Source: Thermofilaceae archaeon
GTDB lineage: Archaea; Thermoproteota; Thermoprotei; Thermofilales; Thermofilaceae
Reading direction: 5' to 3'
DNA length: 18,984 nucleotides
NCBI GenBank assembly: GCA_038727095.1
Contig: JAVYWK010000032.1
Coordinates: forward strand, 1 to 18,984
This document shows positions 1 through 8,227 of this stretch, piece by piece (position 1 is the first letter of the stretch; each line of letters starts with the position of its first letter). The notes below the pieces were generated by a model, which saw only the letters and a list, made by a program, of their open reading frames with translations, ran no database searches and was not told the DNA's origin. Position numbers and translations under genes: made by a program.

Positions 1-810
1 ATCGTCGTGGGGGCGGGAGCCGACCACCTCATCTACTTGACAGCGCACTACGGGCGCGAGCGTGGCGCAGCGATCGTGGAGCCCACCTTCGAGGAGTACG
101 CTAGGGCGTTAAAGCTCTCGGGCGCGCCCTACGTAGGAGTCTGCTTGAGCGAGGATTTCCAGCTCGACTTGGACGAGCTGCAGAGGGTGGAAGCAGGGCT
201 CCTCTACCTGGCTTCCCCCAACAACCCGACTGCGAACCAGTTTGATAGGGAGGCGGTACTCGAGGCGGCTAGGAGGTTCAGGGTAGTGGTTCTCGACGAG
301 GCTTACGCGGAGTACGCCCGCTACACGATGATCAGGGAGGCGCCCTCCCGCGACAACTTGATCGTGGTGAGAACCTTCAGCAAGGCTTGGGGTCTCGCTG
401 GCTTGAGAGTCGGCTACGCCGTCGCCAACCGGAGCCTGGCGTCGCAGCTTCGGGAGAGAGGGCCGGTTTACGCCTGCTCCAGCCTCTCGCTGAAAACCGC
501 TGAGCTCATGCTGGACCACTGGGATGAAGTGAGAAGGGCTGTCGAGGAGCTGAAATCCGTGAGGGAGTGGATGCGGGAGAAGCTGTCAGAACTCCCGGTG
601 AAGGTTTACCCGTCCGACACGAACTTCCTGCTGGTAAGACTACCCCTCGACTCAGCCCGAGTGAGGGAAGCGCTGCTAGAAAAAGGGTTTTCAGTGAAGG
701 ACGTCGGGCACGCACCATTACTCGCAAACTGCATCAGGGTCACTGTTCCACCCAAGCCCGTAGCCGAAGCTTTCATCGAAGCGCTCAGAGAAGTCCTCGA
801 GGGAATGTGA
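1..810 (+). CDS. hisC: Histidinol-phosphate aminotransferase-family PLP enzyme (5' end outside window)
   Basis: Frame open from base 1 (IVVGAGAD). Motifs PTFxEY, SPNNPT, DEAY, RTFSKAWGLAGLRVGY (PLP lysine), NFLL and IRVTV. CobD-like function is not excluded. Confidence 0.8.
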   Translation: MVVGAGADHLIYLTAHYGRERGAAIVEPTFEEYARALKLSGAPYVGVCLSEDFQLDLDELQRVEAGLLYLASPNNPTANQFDREAVLEAARRFRVVVLDEAYAEYARYTMIREAPSRDNLIVVRTFSKAWGLAGLRVGYAVANRSLASQLRERGPVYACSSLSLKTAELMLDHWDEVRRAVEELKSVREWMREKLSELPVKVYPSDTNFLLVRLPLDSARVREALLEKGFSVKDVGHAPLLANCIRVTVPPKPVAEAFIEALREVLEGM

Positions 811-934
811 GGAAAATGCCAGCTAGGGGGTAAAGAGAAAAACACGTTTAGTCCTACGCGCCGGTTGACCACCGATGGATTTGGCGCGTTCGTCTTCGGC
901 TGCCGCTATCCGGCCTGAGAACGGTGCTTTAGCT

Positions 935-1963
935 CTATTTTGAAGCTAGAGCTACGGCGTTCTTGGGCGCCGCAACCGCTTGAGGCTTTTCGGTTATCTT
1001 CTTCACTGTGGCGATCACCGCGTCCCAGATCCTTTCGACGGCCTCCCACGTGTTGTAGGCCACGTGGGGAGTCAGTATGACGTTCGGGTAGCTGGCGAGC
1101 TTCAAGGCTAGGACCGCTTTCCTGTGCTGCTCCTGATTCAACGCCCTGTTCATCGCCTTCCTCCAAGCGTCGCTGAACACCCACTCCCCCTCAACCACGT
1201 CTAGGGCGACACCGGCAAGCAACCCCTCGTCGAGGGCCTCGATGAGCGCCTCCACTTCCACGAGCTCCCCCCTAGCTGTATTGACCAGGAGGGCACCTCT
1301 CTTCACCCTCCTGATGTTTCCCCTATTGATTAGGTACCTGGTTTGAGGGGTGAGTGGCAAATGAAGGGTGATCACGTCGGAGGACGAGAGGAGCGTATCG
1401 AGATCCACGTACTGCACCCCGTGGGTGCGCTCGAGCTCCTCGTTCCTAACGACATCGTAGGCTAGGACCCTCATCCCCAGCGCGAGGGCCAGCCTAGCCA
1501 CCCGACTGCCGATCCTACCGGTTCCCACCACGCCTATCGTCTTCCCCCTCAGCTCCCACCCCCTCACCTCGACTGGCTTGAACTCGGGCTTCCGCAACGC
1601 CAGCTCCAGCTCCTTCACCCGCCTCGCCAGCATTAGGATGAGCATCAGCGTGTGCTCAGCTATCGTGTCCGGCCCGTAGTCGGGGACGTTGTAGACGGAA
1701 ACGCCACGCTCGCGGCACGCCTCAACGTCAATGTGGTCTACACCCGCCGACCTCGTCACAATGGCTTTCAAGTTCGGCAGCTCGTCCAAAACCGCTCGAT
1801 CAACCCTAGACCCTATGAAGACGCTAGCAACCTCGACGTCGCGCACACCGCGCGCGTTCTTCGCCGTGAGCGCTTCACGCGTCAGAAACAGGTCTTGCCC
1901 TACGAACTCCTTCCGGAGGCGGGGTTCTTCCCAACCCTCAAGCTCGAAAAACGCAATCTTCAT
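935..1963 (-). CDS. NAD-dependent D-2-hydroxyacid dehydrogenase (D-lactate dehydrogenase-like)
   Basis: RSAGVDHID, NVPDYGPDTIAEH, Rossmann GTGRIG, HLPLT, NTARG, LDVVEGE, TPHVAYNT. Start reassigned to the ATG at 1963 (MKIAFFE). Confidence 0.9.
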   Translation of the reverse strand: MKIAFFELEGWEEPRLRKEFVGQDLFLTREALTAKNARGVRDVEVASVFIGSRVDRAVLDELPNLKAIVTRSAGVDHIDVEACRERGVSVYNVPDYGPDTIAEHTLMLILMLARRVKELELALRKPEFKPVEVRGWELRGKTIGVVGTGRIGSRVARLALALGMRVLAYDVVRNEELERTHGVQYVDLDTLLSSSDVITLHLPLTPQTRYLINRGNIRRVKRGALLVNTARGELVEVEALIEALDEGLLAGVALDVVEGEWVFSDAWRKAMNRALNQEQHRKAVLALKLASYPNVILTPHVAYNTWEAVERIWDAVIATVKKITEKPQAVAAPKNAVALASK

Positions 1964-1994
1964 ACTACCACCGTTAACACAATTGGGCAACTGC

Positions 1995-2003
1995 TTTTAA
2001 ATA
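1995..2003 (-). promoter_or_regulatory. Probable TATA box for the dehydrogenase gene
   Basis: Minus-strand ATTTAAAA about 35 nt upstream of the ATG at 1963, in an AT-rich divergent intergenic region. Confidence 0.5.
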
Positions 2004-2114
2004 TGACGGTGTCATTAATCGAATGCTATGTACCCCATTATCACTTCAACTAGCTCTCTTAACATAAATGAACTCCCAATTATGCTATTAATTCAATATA
2101 GCCATGCTAAGCCA

Positions 2115-2120
2115 TTTATA
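2115..2120 (+). promoter_or_regulatory. TATA box for the flavin oxidoreductase gene (near-leaderless transcript)
   Basis: TTTATA about 25 nt upstream of the ATG at 2143. Confidence 0.6.
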
Positions 2121-2142
2121 CCTCTAAGTGGTCCTAAATCCG

Positions 2143-4104
2143 ATGCGGAAAATTGACTTTAACAGGCTTTTCGAACCCTTCTGCATAGGCCCCGTCGAGG
2201 TCCCCAATAGGCTAGTCATGCCGCCGATGGACACCTGCTACGCCGGCCCACACGGCGAGGTTACCGACCAGCACATCGCGTACTACGAGGCTAGGGCTCG
2301 GGGAGGCGTTGGGCTGATCATCGTTGAAGCCAGCTACGTGGAAGAATCCGGGAGGATAACCTTCGGAGAGCTGGGGGTTCACCGCGACGAGCTGATACCC
2401 GGGCTGGCGAAGCTAGCCGACGCCATCAAGCTACACGGGGCTCGAGCTGCGATTCAGCTGATCCACGGTGGGATTCAAGCCAACGTCCCTCAGCCGGTGG
2501 GACCCTCACCAATCGCGCGGAGGATGATCCCGCCCGCTAGGACGCCCCGCGAGCTCACGACAGAGGAGGTAGAGAACCTAGTCGAGTGCTTCGCGAGAGC
2601 GGCTGCCAGAGCGAAGCAAGCGGGTTTCGACATGGTGGAGGTTCACGGAACACACGGCTACCTCGTCACTCAGTTCCTCTCGCCGCTAACGAACCGACGG
2701 GCGGACAAGTACGGCGCCGATAGAGCCCTCTTCGCGATCGAGATCGTCCAGAGGATTAAGCAGCTTTGCGGTTCAAACTTCCCAGTCATCGTCAGGCTCT
2801 GCGCGGACGAGTTCATCGAGGGTGGAATCAACCTGGAGTACGCTAAAGCGGTGGCGAAGCGCTTGGTCGACGAGGGGGGCGCTGACGCCCTGGACATAAC
2901 GGGGGGTAACTACGATAGCATCGAGCACATCCTACCCCCAATCTACACAGCCGCGGAGGAGGGTAAGTTCCTCAAGCACGCCATGGAGATCAAGAGGGTG
3001 GTGGACGTACCCGTCATCAGCGGAGGCCTGATAATCTCCCCGACGGTGGCCCTTGAGGCGGTTGAGAAAGGATTTGTCGACGCGGTCTTCGTCGGGAGGC
3101 AGCTCATCGCTGATCCCGATTGGCCCAGGAAGCTGAGGGAGGGGAGGTTGGACGAGGTGAGGCCGTGCATCGCGTGCAACGAGTGTGTCGGCACTAGGTT
3201 GTTCGCTGGGAAACCGGTCTGGTGCGCAGTCAACCCGCTTGCCGGCTTTGAGAGCAGGTGGCCGAGCGAGGAACATCTGCCGAAGGCTGCTAGGAGGCGG
3301 AAGGTGCTCGTGGTTGGAGGCGGGCCCGCCGGCCTCGAGGCAGCCAGGGTTGCCGCGCTGAGGGGCCACGAGGTCGTGCTCGTCGACGACGGCGATGAGC
3401 TCGGGGGGACAACGAGAGTCTCGAGCAAGCCAAAGTTTCTCACAGGCGATAAGACCAGAGTTGCTAAACTCATCGACTGGTACAAGGGTCAGATCGAGAG
3501 GCTCGGCGTAAAGGTCTTACTGAGGACGAGGGCCACCCCGTCGCTCATCGAGGAAGTGAAACCCGATGTTGTCATACTAGCTACGGGTTCGAAGCCGATC
3601 GTTCCGAAGATCCCGGGCGTGGAGAACGCGGTGCTATCGGACGACGTCCTGCTCGGCAAGGCCCAGGTTGGTGACCGCGTTGTTGTGGTCGGCGGGGGAC
3701 TCGTCGGCGTTGAAACGGCGATGCACTTGGCGGCGCAGGGCCGTAAAGTCACGATCGTTGAAGCTCTCCCGCAGATAGCCAGGGACCTCGAGCCCATATC
3801 TCAGATCGCGCTGCTCAAGCCCGGCGGCTTGCTCGCGAGGCACGGCATCTGCGTGATCTGCAACGCGACGGTGATCGAGGTGAGGAAGAACGGTGTTGAA
3901 GTAGTCATACCACCGCTCGAGAGGAGGTTCATCGAGGCCGACAGCGTCGTGCTAGCTGTCGGTAGGCAGCCGAACCTTGACCCGCAGCTCCTCGAAGCGG
4001 CGCGCAAGGTAGCGAAAGAGATTTACGTTATCGGCGATGCCAAGGCCGCGAGAAAAATAATCGACGCGGTGCACGAAGCCTTCTTTGCCGCTATAAACAT
4101 TTGA
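2143..4104 (+). CDS. NADH:flavin oxidoreductase, OYE TIM barrel + 4Fe-4S + FAD/NAD domains (2,4-dienoyl-CoA reductase-like)
   Basis: NRLVMPPM, RARGGVGLII, HGTHGYL active-site motif, QFLSPLTNRR, CIACNEC-x11-C cluster motif, and two dinucleotide-binding motifs (GGGPAG, GGGLVG). Start taken as the ATG at 2143. Confidence 0.92.
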   Translation: MRKIDFNRLFEPFCIGPVEVPNRLVMPPMDTCYAGPHGEVTDQHIAYYEARARGGVGLIIVEASYVEESGRITFGELGVHRDELIPGLAKLADAIKLHGARAAIQLIHGGIQANVPQPVGPSPIARRMIPPARTPRELTTEEVENLVECFARAAARAKQAGFDMVEVHGTHGYLVTQFLSPLTNRRADKYGADRALFAIEIVQRIKQLCGSNFPVIVRLCADEFIEGGINLEYAKAVAKRLVDEGGADALDITGGNYDSIEHILPPIYTAAEEGKFLKHAMEIKRVVDVPVISGGLIISPTVALEAVEKGFVDAVFVGRQLIADPDWPRKLREGRLDEVRPCIACNECVGTRLFAGKPVWCAVNPLAGFESRWPSEEHLPKAARRRKVLVVGGGPAGLEAARVAALRGHEVVLVDDGDELGGTTRVSSKPKFLTGDKTRVAKLIDWYKGQIERLGVKVLLRTRATPSLIEEVKPDVVILATGSKPIVPKIPGVENAVLSDDVLLGKAQVGDRVVVVGGGLVGVETAMHLAAQGRKVTIVEALPQIARDLEPISQIALLKPGGLLARHGICVICNATVIEVRKNGVEVVIPPLERRFIEADSVVLAVGRQPNLDPQLLEAARKVAKEIYVIGDAKAARKIIDAVHEAFFAAINI

Positions 4105-4147
4105 AAACCAAAATAGAGAAAAATTCTTCTAAAAATCTTTTTTATTA
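4105..4147. terminator. A/T-rich bidirectional terminator region between convergent genes
   Basis: A-runs and T-runs (aaaatagagaaaaattcttctaaaaatctttttta) give U-tracts on both strands. Confidence 0.55.
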
Positions 4148-5482
4148 CTGAGATCTAATGACTCTGAGAGCGGCCAGCTGTAGTGGATACGTTAGCGGTG
4201 AAGCCGTGATTAGGGGTTGTGTGGCCAGCTGCAGCTTCACGATATCGTAGGCTGTGAGCCCGCTCTGTATGGCGGCTGCAGCGTAGTTGATCATTTCGCC
4301 AACCGATTCGGGGCCCGCGATCTGGACGCCGATGAGCCTCAAGTCGCTGCTCGTAAATATTGCCTTCAGCTTGACGCGGGCTGCACCGGGCAGGTTGCCG
4401 GGGTGTCGGTTCACAGATTCAACAGTGGCTGACACGGTGCTCAAGCCGCGCTCCTTCGCCTGCGACTCCGTCAACCCAGCCGCGGCCAGCACAGTGCCCG
4501 ACACGACGGTTGAGTACGCGGGCAGCACCCCCTCCACCCCTTTCGAGGGGGCGAGCCCAGCGATGTGCATCGCGGCTATCCTCCCCTCAGCGACAGCCAG
4601 CGTCGAGAAGTAGGCCCGCGTCGGTCGACCCGCGAAAAAGTCCCTCTTCTGTGCTATATCACCCACAGCGTAGATGTCGGGGTCGCTCGTCCTCATGAAG
4701 GAGTCGACGATCAAGTGCCCCGCCTCATCCACCGCTAGCCCAGCCTTCCTCGCCACTTCCGTGTTAGGGGTGACGCCGATAGAGATGAGAACCGCGTCCG
4801 CAGCTATCTCCTCACCAGTGTCGAGCACGACTTTCTCAACTCTTCCTCGCCCACTGATCTCCTTCACCCTAGCCTTTAGGTGGAACTTCACCCCCTTTTC
4901 CTCCAGCTTCCTCCTCGCTATCTCGCCGAACTCCCTGTCGAAGGCGAGGGGTAGTGCCTCGTCGAGAACTTCAACCACGTGCACCTCCCTACCCGTCGCC
5001 AAGTCGTCCGCGAACTCTATACCGACGAAACCAGCACCGACGATGACGATCCTCTTCGCGCTCTTCAGGATGCTGTACGCCTTCACGAGCTGCTCGTACT
5101 CCTTCTGGACGTGAACCACGCCTTCCAGATCCTCGCCGGGAATCCCCAGCCTCGCAGGCCTCGTGCCCGTAGCGAGAACAAGCTTACCGTAACCGTACTC
5201 TCTCCCGCTAGCCGTTTTAACCACCTTCCGCTTCCTATCTATCTCTACCACCTCGTCTACGACCAGCTCTGCACCCGAGCCCGTGAGTAGAGCATCCGGG
5301 ATGAGGCAGCCCTCAACAGCGCCAATCGTCTCGATAATGTAGGGGACTGAGCAGGGGATCGGTTGAGCCTTCGTCCTTCTTAATACGAGGACTTTCAGGT
5401 CGGATTTCAGGCTCCTCAAGGTGAGAGCTGTCGCGAGACCTCCCGCGCCGCCACCCACCACTACGACATCAAACTTTTCCAT
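4145..5482 (-). CDS. FAD-dependent pyridine nucleotide-disulfide oxidoreductase (NADH oxidase / CoA-disulfide reductase family)
   Basis: GGGAGG, single redox Cys in PIPCSVPY, ATG motif (LATG), GAGFVGIE, TSDPDIYAVGD and a C-terminal dimerisation domain. Confidence 0.9.
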   Translation of the reverse strand: MEKFDVVVVGGGAGGLATALTLRSLKSDLKVLVLRRTKAQPIPCSVPYIIETIGAVEGCLIPDALLTGSGAELVVDEVVEIDRKRKVVKTASGREYGYGKLVLATGTRPARLGIPGEDLEGVVHVQKEYEQLVKAYSILKSAKRIVIVGAGFVGIEFADDLATGREVHVVEVLDEALPLAFDREFGEIARRKLEEKGVKFHLKARVKEISGRGRVEKVVLDTGEEIAADAVLISIGVTPNTEVARKAGLAVDEAGHLIVDSFMRTSDPDIYAVGDIAQKRDFFAGRPTRAYFSTLAVAEGRIAAMHIAGLAPSKGVEGVLPAYSTVVSGTVLAAAGLTESQAKERGLSTVSATVESVNRHPGNLPGAARVKLKAIFTSSDLRLIGVQIAGPESVGEMINYAAAAIQSGLTAYDIVKLQLATQPLITASPLTYPLQLAALRVIRSQ

Positions 5483-5537
5483 GCGTCATAACTTCCGTGC
5501 TTCAGGCTAAAAAAGGTTGTTGTCCCTCCAGTTTAAG

Positions 5538-5942
5538 CTAGTTTGACGGGAACTTAGCTACTAAATTCTTTATATCGGTTTCGAAAACTTTCACTAAATC
5601 TGGGAACTGGGATTGAGCCTCGCTTAGGCTGCCGCTCCACTCCTCCTCGAAGTTACCCTTCTTGAAGGCGAGAGACCTGAAAGTAACGTTGTTCACATCC
5701 ATTTGAAGGACTCCGTTGGCTACCCTGCTCACGGGGATGACGGCTATCACCGTCTTCTCCTTAGAGAACCTCCCAGCCTTTACGGTGTAGGTGATAACAA
5801 GCTCGAACTTCGTGCCCGCCTCGTCGAGCTTCCTGAGATCCGCGCCACCGCGCTCAACGTTCTTTGCGGGTTCAGATTGCATCGTCAGTTCAATGTAAGC
5901 CTTCGCTAAAGATTCGGGATCCTTAACCTTGATCAGCGTCAT
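5538..5942 (-). CDS. Hypothetical protein (134 aa)
   Basis: ATG start, natural globular composition, fills the gap between co-oriented genes. No family recognised. Confidence 0.75.
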   Translation of the reverse strand: MTLIKVKDPESLAKAYIELTMQSEPAKNVERGGADLRKLDEAGTKFELVITYTVKAGRFSKEKTVIAVIPVSRVANGVLQMDVNNVTFRSLAFKKGNFEEEWSGSLSEAQSQFPDLVKVFETDIKNLVAKFPSN

Positions 5943-5970
5943 GGTTGTAGTGCTGCTCTAGCTCCCCCTT

Positions 5971-6504
5971 TTAAACGTTTCTGTTCTTTCCGCGCTCCGA
6001 GCTTAAGTGCTTTGACACTAGCATTGAGAGGGGGAGGCCTAGGAGTACTATGGAGATTACGGATCCCGGTATAACCCCGGCGATGCTCAGCCAGACCGGT
6101 ACCTCCAGGTTGAACGCCCACTCCAAGAGGAACTTCAAGTACGCTCCCACGATGACTGAAACCACGAGCGTTTCAGCAGCTGCTGCAGCCACCATGTGCC
6201 GAACCCCTTTGCGCCAGGCGATCCTGTACGCCAGGTAGCTGGCCACGAAGTTTGCAGCACTCCCCAGTACGGCATCGATTGCTGCTAGCAGTGCCGACCC
6301 CCAGGGGGCTGCCAGCATGTTTCCAATGAAGCAGCCCAGCGTGACGCCGACTATGGCGGGCCAACCCATAACTGTGCTCAGCATGAGGAGGGCGTCTGCA
6401 ACCCTGACTTGGAAGAGCAGGAAGGATATCATGGGTAGAGATATCACGAGCACTGCGTAAGCTGCAGCCACGAAACCGGCCAGCGCGATGTTTCTCGCGT
6501 TCAC
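5971..6504 (-). CDS. queT: QueT-family transporter (queuosine/7-deazaguanine precursor ECF S-component, COG4708-like)
   Basis: AAAYAVL...ISF...QVRVADAL...AIVGVTLGCFIGN...DAVLGS pattern and about 5 TM helices. Family-like N-terminus begins at GTG 6504; the frame is open up to ATG 6621. Confidence 0.8.
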   Translation of the reverse strand: MNARNIALAGFVAAAYAVLVISLPMISFLLFQVRVADALLMLSTVMGWPAIVGVTLGCFIGNMLAAPWGSALLAAIDAVLGSAANFVASYLAYRIAWRKGVRHMVAAAAAETLVVSVIVGAYLKFLLEWAFNLEVPVWLSIAGVIPGSVISIVLLGLPLSMLVSKHLSSERGKNRNV

Positions 6505-6648
6505 GCGGCCCCGCCACACGTGGAACACTTGAATCTTTCCCACGCCGCCAGCGTTGAGCAGCACGCTGTGTAGCCCGACTCTTAACGGGCTTGAATCGGG
6601 GAGCGCACAATCGACAGTCATGTAGGCAGGGTCTTCTTAGAGCGTGAG

Positions 6649-6658
6649 GGATAAAATA
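6649..6658. promoter_or_regulatory. TATA-like element (GGATAAAATA), potentially bidirectional for the sRNA and queT
   Basis: About 25 nt upstream of the C/D sRNA on +, and reads TATTTTAT on -. The identical 10-mer occurs at 17346-17355 ahead of the HEPN gene. Confidence 0.5.
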
Positions 6659-6678
6659 CCCGCGCGTGTGTACGTGTG

Positions 6679-6735
6679 GCGGATGATGAGTGAGACCCGC
6701 ACTCGACCCGTGAGATGCATCGACCTATCTGACGC
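6679..6735 (+). ncRNA. Archaeal C/D box 2'-O-methylation guide sRNA
   Basis: Perfect box C ATGATGA (6683-6689) and box D CTGA (6729-6732). Degenerate D' TCGA (6703-6706) and C' GTGAGA (6710-6715), two 13-nt guides, terminal GCG/CGC stem, upstream TATA, intergenic location. Confidence 0.82.
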
Positions 6736-6742
6736 TTTCCCG

Positions 6743-8101
6743 CTAGCTCAGCAGCTTGAGTAGCTTGCCCACAGCCTCGACAGCGTCTCGCCCCACAACC
6801 CTGATCATCGGCTCCTTCCCCACATCGCCCCTATCGTAGATGATGTCCGGAGCCGTTCCGCCACCGTACTTCACCGCTTCGGCGGCGATCCAACCCATCG
6901 TCGCCCCTTCAACAGCCTTCACTTCGAGCGGCTCCCTCAAGCGGTCGATGAAGGCCACCCTGTAGCCCAGCTCGACCGCCCTCTTCACCAGCTCCTCGTG
7001 GAATCGGATGTTCACGGCTGCCCTGGCACTCGGATCTCGCTTCAACAGCTCGAGCACAAGCCGAGCTAGGTGTGAGGATGCACCGAACCTCACGGGCCCA
7101 ACAGCCTTCAGCTCACCCCCGCACTTTACGATCCTACCCGCGACCCCGGCTACATCGTTGACGCTCTGGGCGTAGGGGGCCGGGAGGGCCATGACCACGT
7201 TGATGCCGACCTCGGGAGCGTAGGGGTAGACTCTATCAGAGCTCTTGAGCAGGAGCTCTACTGCGCGCTCAACGTTCTCGAGGACTTCGTACCGCGTAGC
7301 CCTCAGCTCGAGCCACGCAGTCGGGTTCACAGGGCAGTGGCCCTTACCAACCTTCAAGCCGTACCTGATGGCTAGCCAGACGAACTCCTTCGCCCTCCGA
7401 ACAGCCTCCTCAACGCTCGCCCCCTTCGCCAGCTCCGCCGCTATCGCTGCAGAGAAGCTACAGCCCGTCCCGTGGGTGCAGCCGGCCTCAACGCGGGGGG
7501 CTTCGAAGAGCCTGTACGTGCCCCGCCAGTAGAGGACGTCGATCGAGGTTTGGCCGGCTACGTGGCCGCCCTTCACGACAGCAGCCTCGCATCCCAGCTC
7601 CTCAACGATCCTCCTAGCCGCCAGCTTCGCCCCATCTAGGTCGGCTACCCGGACACCGGTGAGCCGCTCAGCCTCAGGAGCATTGGGTGTCACGACCTTA
7701 GCCAGCGGTACTAGCTCCCTAGCGAGAGCCTGCTCCGCGTCCTCCCTGAGCAACCTTGCGCCGCTCTTCGCGACCATCACGGGATCGACGACCAGCGGGA
7801 AGCCGAAGTCCCTGACAGCACTCGCAACAGCACTAATGATCCCCGCGTTGCTCAGCATCCCTGTCTTGCCCGCGTCGATCCCCATGTCCTCCGCAACAAC
7901 GCGGATCTGTTCGTACACCATTTCTGGCGGGAGGTCGTGAACCATCGTCACCTGGTAGGTGTTCTGGGCCGTAACGCTGGTCAGGGCGACCGCCCCGTGG
8001 ACGCCAAGCGCCGCGAAGGTCTTCAAATCGGCTTGAATGCCGGCTCCTCCACCGGAGTCGCTGCCCGCGATCGTTATAGCGACTCGAACCGGCCTAGTCA
8101 C
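6743..8101 (-). CDS. thiD: Bifunctional HMP/HMP-P kinase + thiamine-phosphate synthase (ThiD-ThiN fusion)
   Basis: TIAGSDSGGGAGIQADLKTF, KTGML, VDPVMVAKSG, TPNAPE, HGTGC. C-terminal ThiN domain with PEVGIN, FGASSHLAR, DRGDVGKEPMIR. Confidence 0.95.
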   Translation of the reverse strand: MTRPVRVAITIAGSDSGGGAGIQADLKTFAALGVHGAVALTSVTAQNTYQVTMVHDLPPEMVYEQIRVVAEDMGIDAGKTGMLSNAGIISAVASAVRDFGFPLVVDPVMVAKSGARLLREDAEQALARELVPLAKVVTPNAPEAERLTGVRVADLDGAKLAARRIVEELGCEAAVVKGGHVAGQTSIDVLYWRGTYRLFEAPRVEAGCTHGTGCSFSAAIAAELAKGASVEEAVRRAKEFVWLAIRYGLKVGKGHCPVNPTAWLELRATRYEVLENVERAVELLLKSSDRVYPYAPEVGINVVMALPAPYAQSVNDVAGVAGRIVKCGGELKAVGPVRFGASSHLARLVLELLKRDPSARAAVNIRFHEELVKRAVELGYRVAFIDRLREPLEVKAVEGATMGWIAAEAVKYGGGTAPDIIYDRGDVGKEPMIRVVGRDAVEAVGKLLKLLS

Positions 8102-8227
8102 GGGACGCTTAAGCCGGTGGAGGTATAAGCCTTTGCAGGATCAGCAGAGGCTGAGATTCGCTGCTTACACAGCAGTCGTGTTGAGGCACGCTAGCCCTAA
8201 TAGAGGGTAAAGCACGTGGCGGATGGC

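Noticed and set aside
856-889. ACGCGCC/GGCGCGT hairpin between convergent genes
   Set aside because: A single GC-rich stem without a clear K-turn or ACA box; plausible by chance or as a 3' end structure.
8140-8200. GGCTGAGA (8149-8156) near thiDN as a TPP riboswitch
   Set aside because: It is on the wrong strand for thiDN and lacks the downstream ACCC...ACCTGA...TAAT...GCG.AGGGA core.
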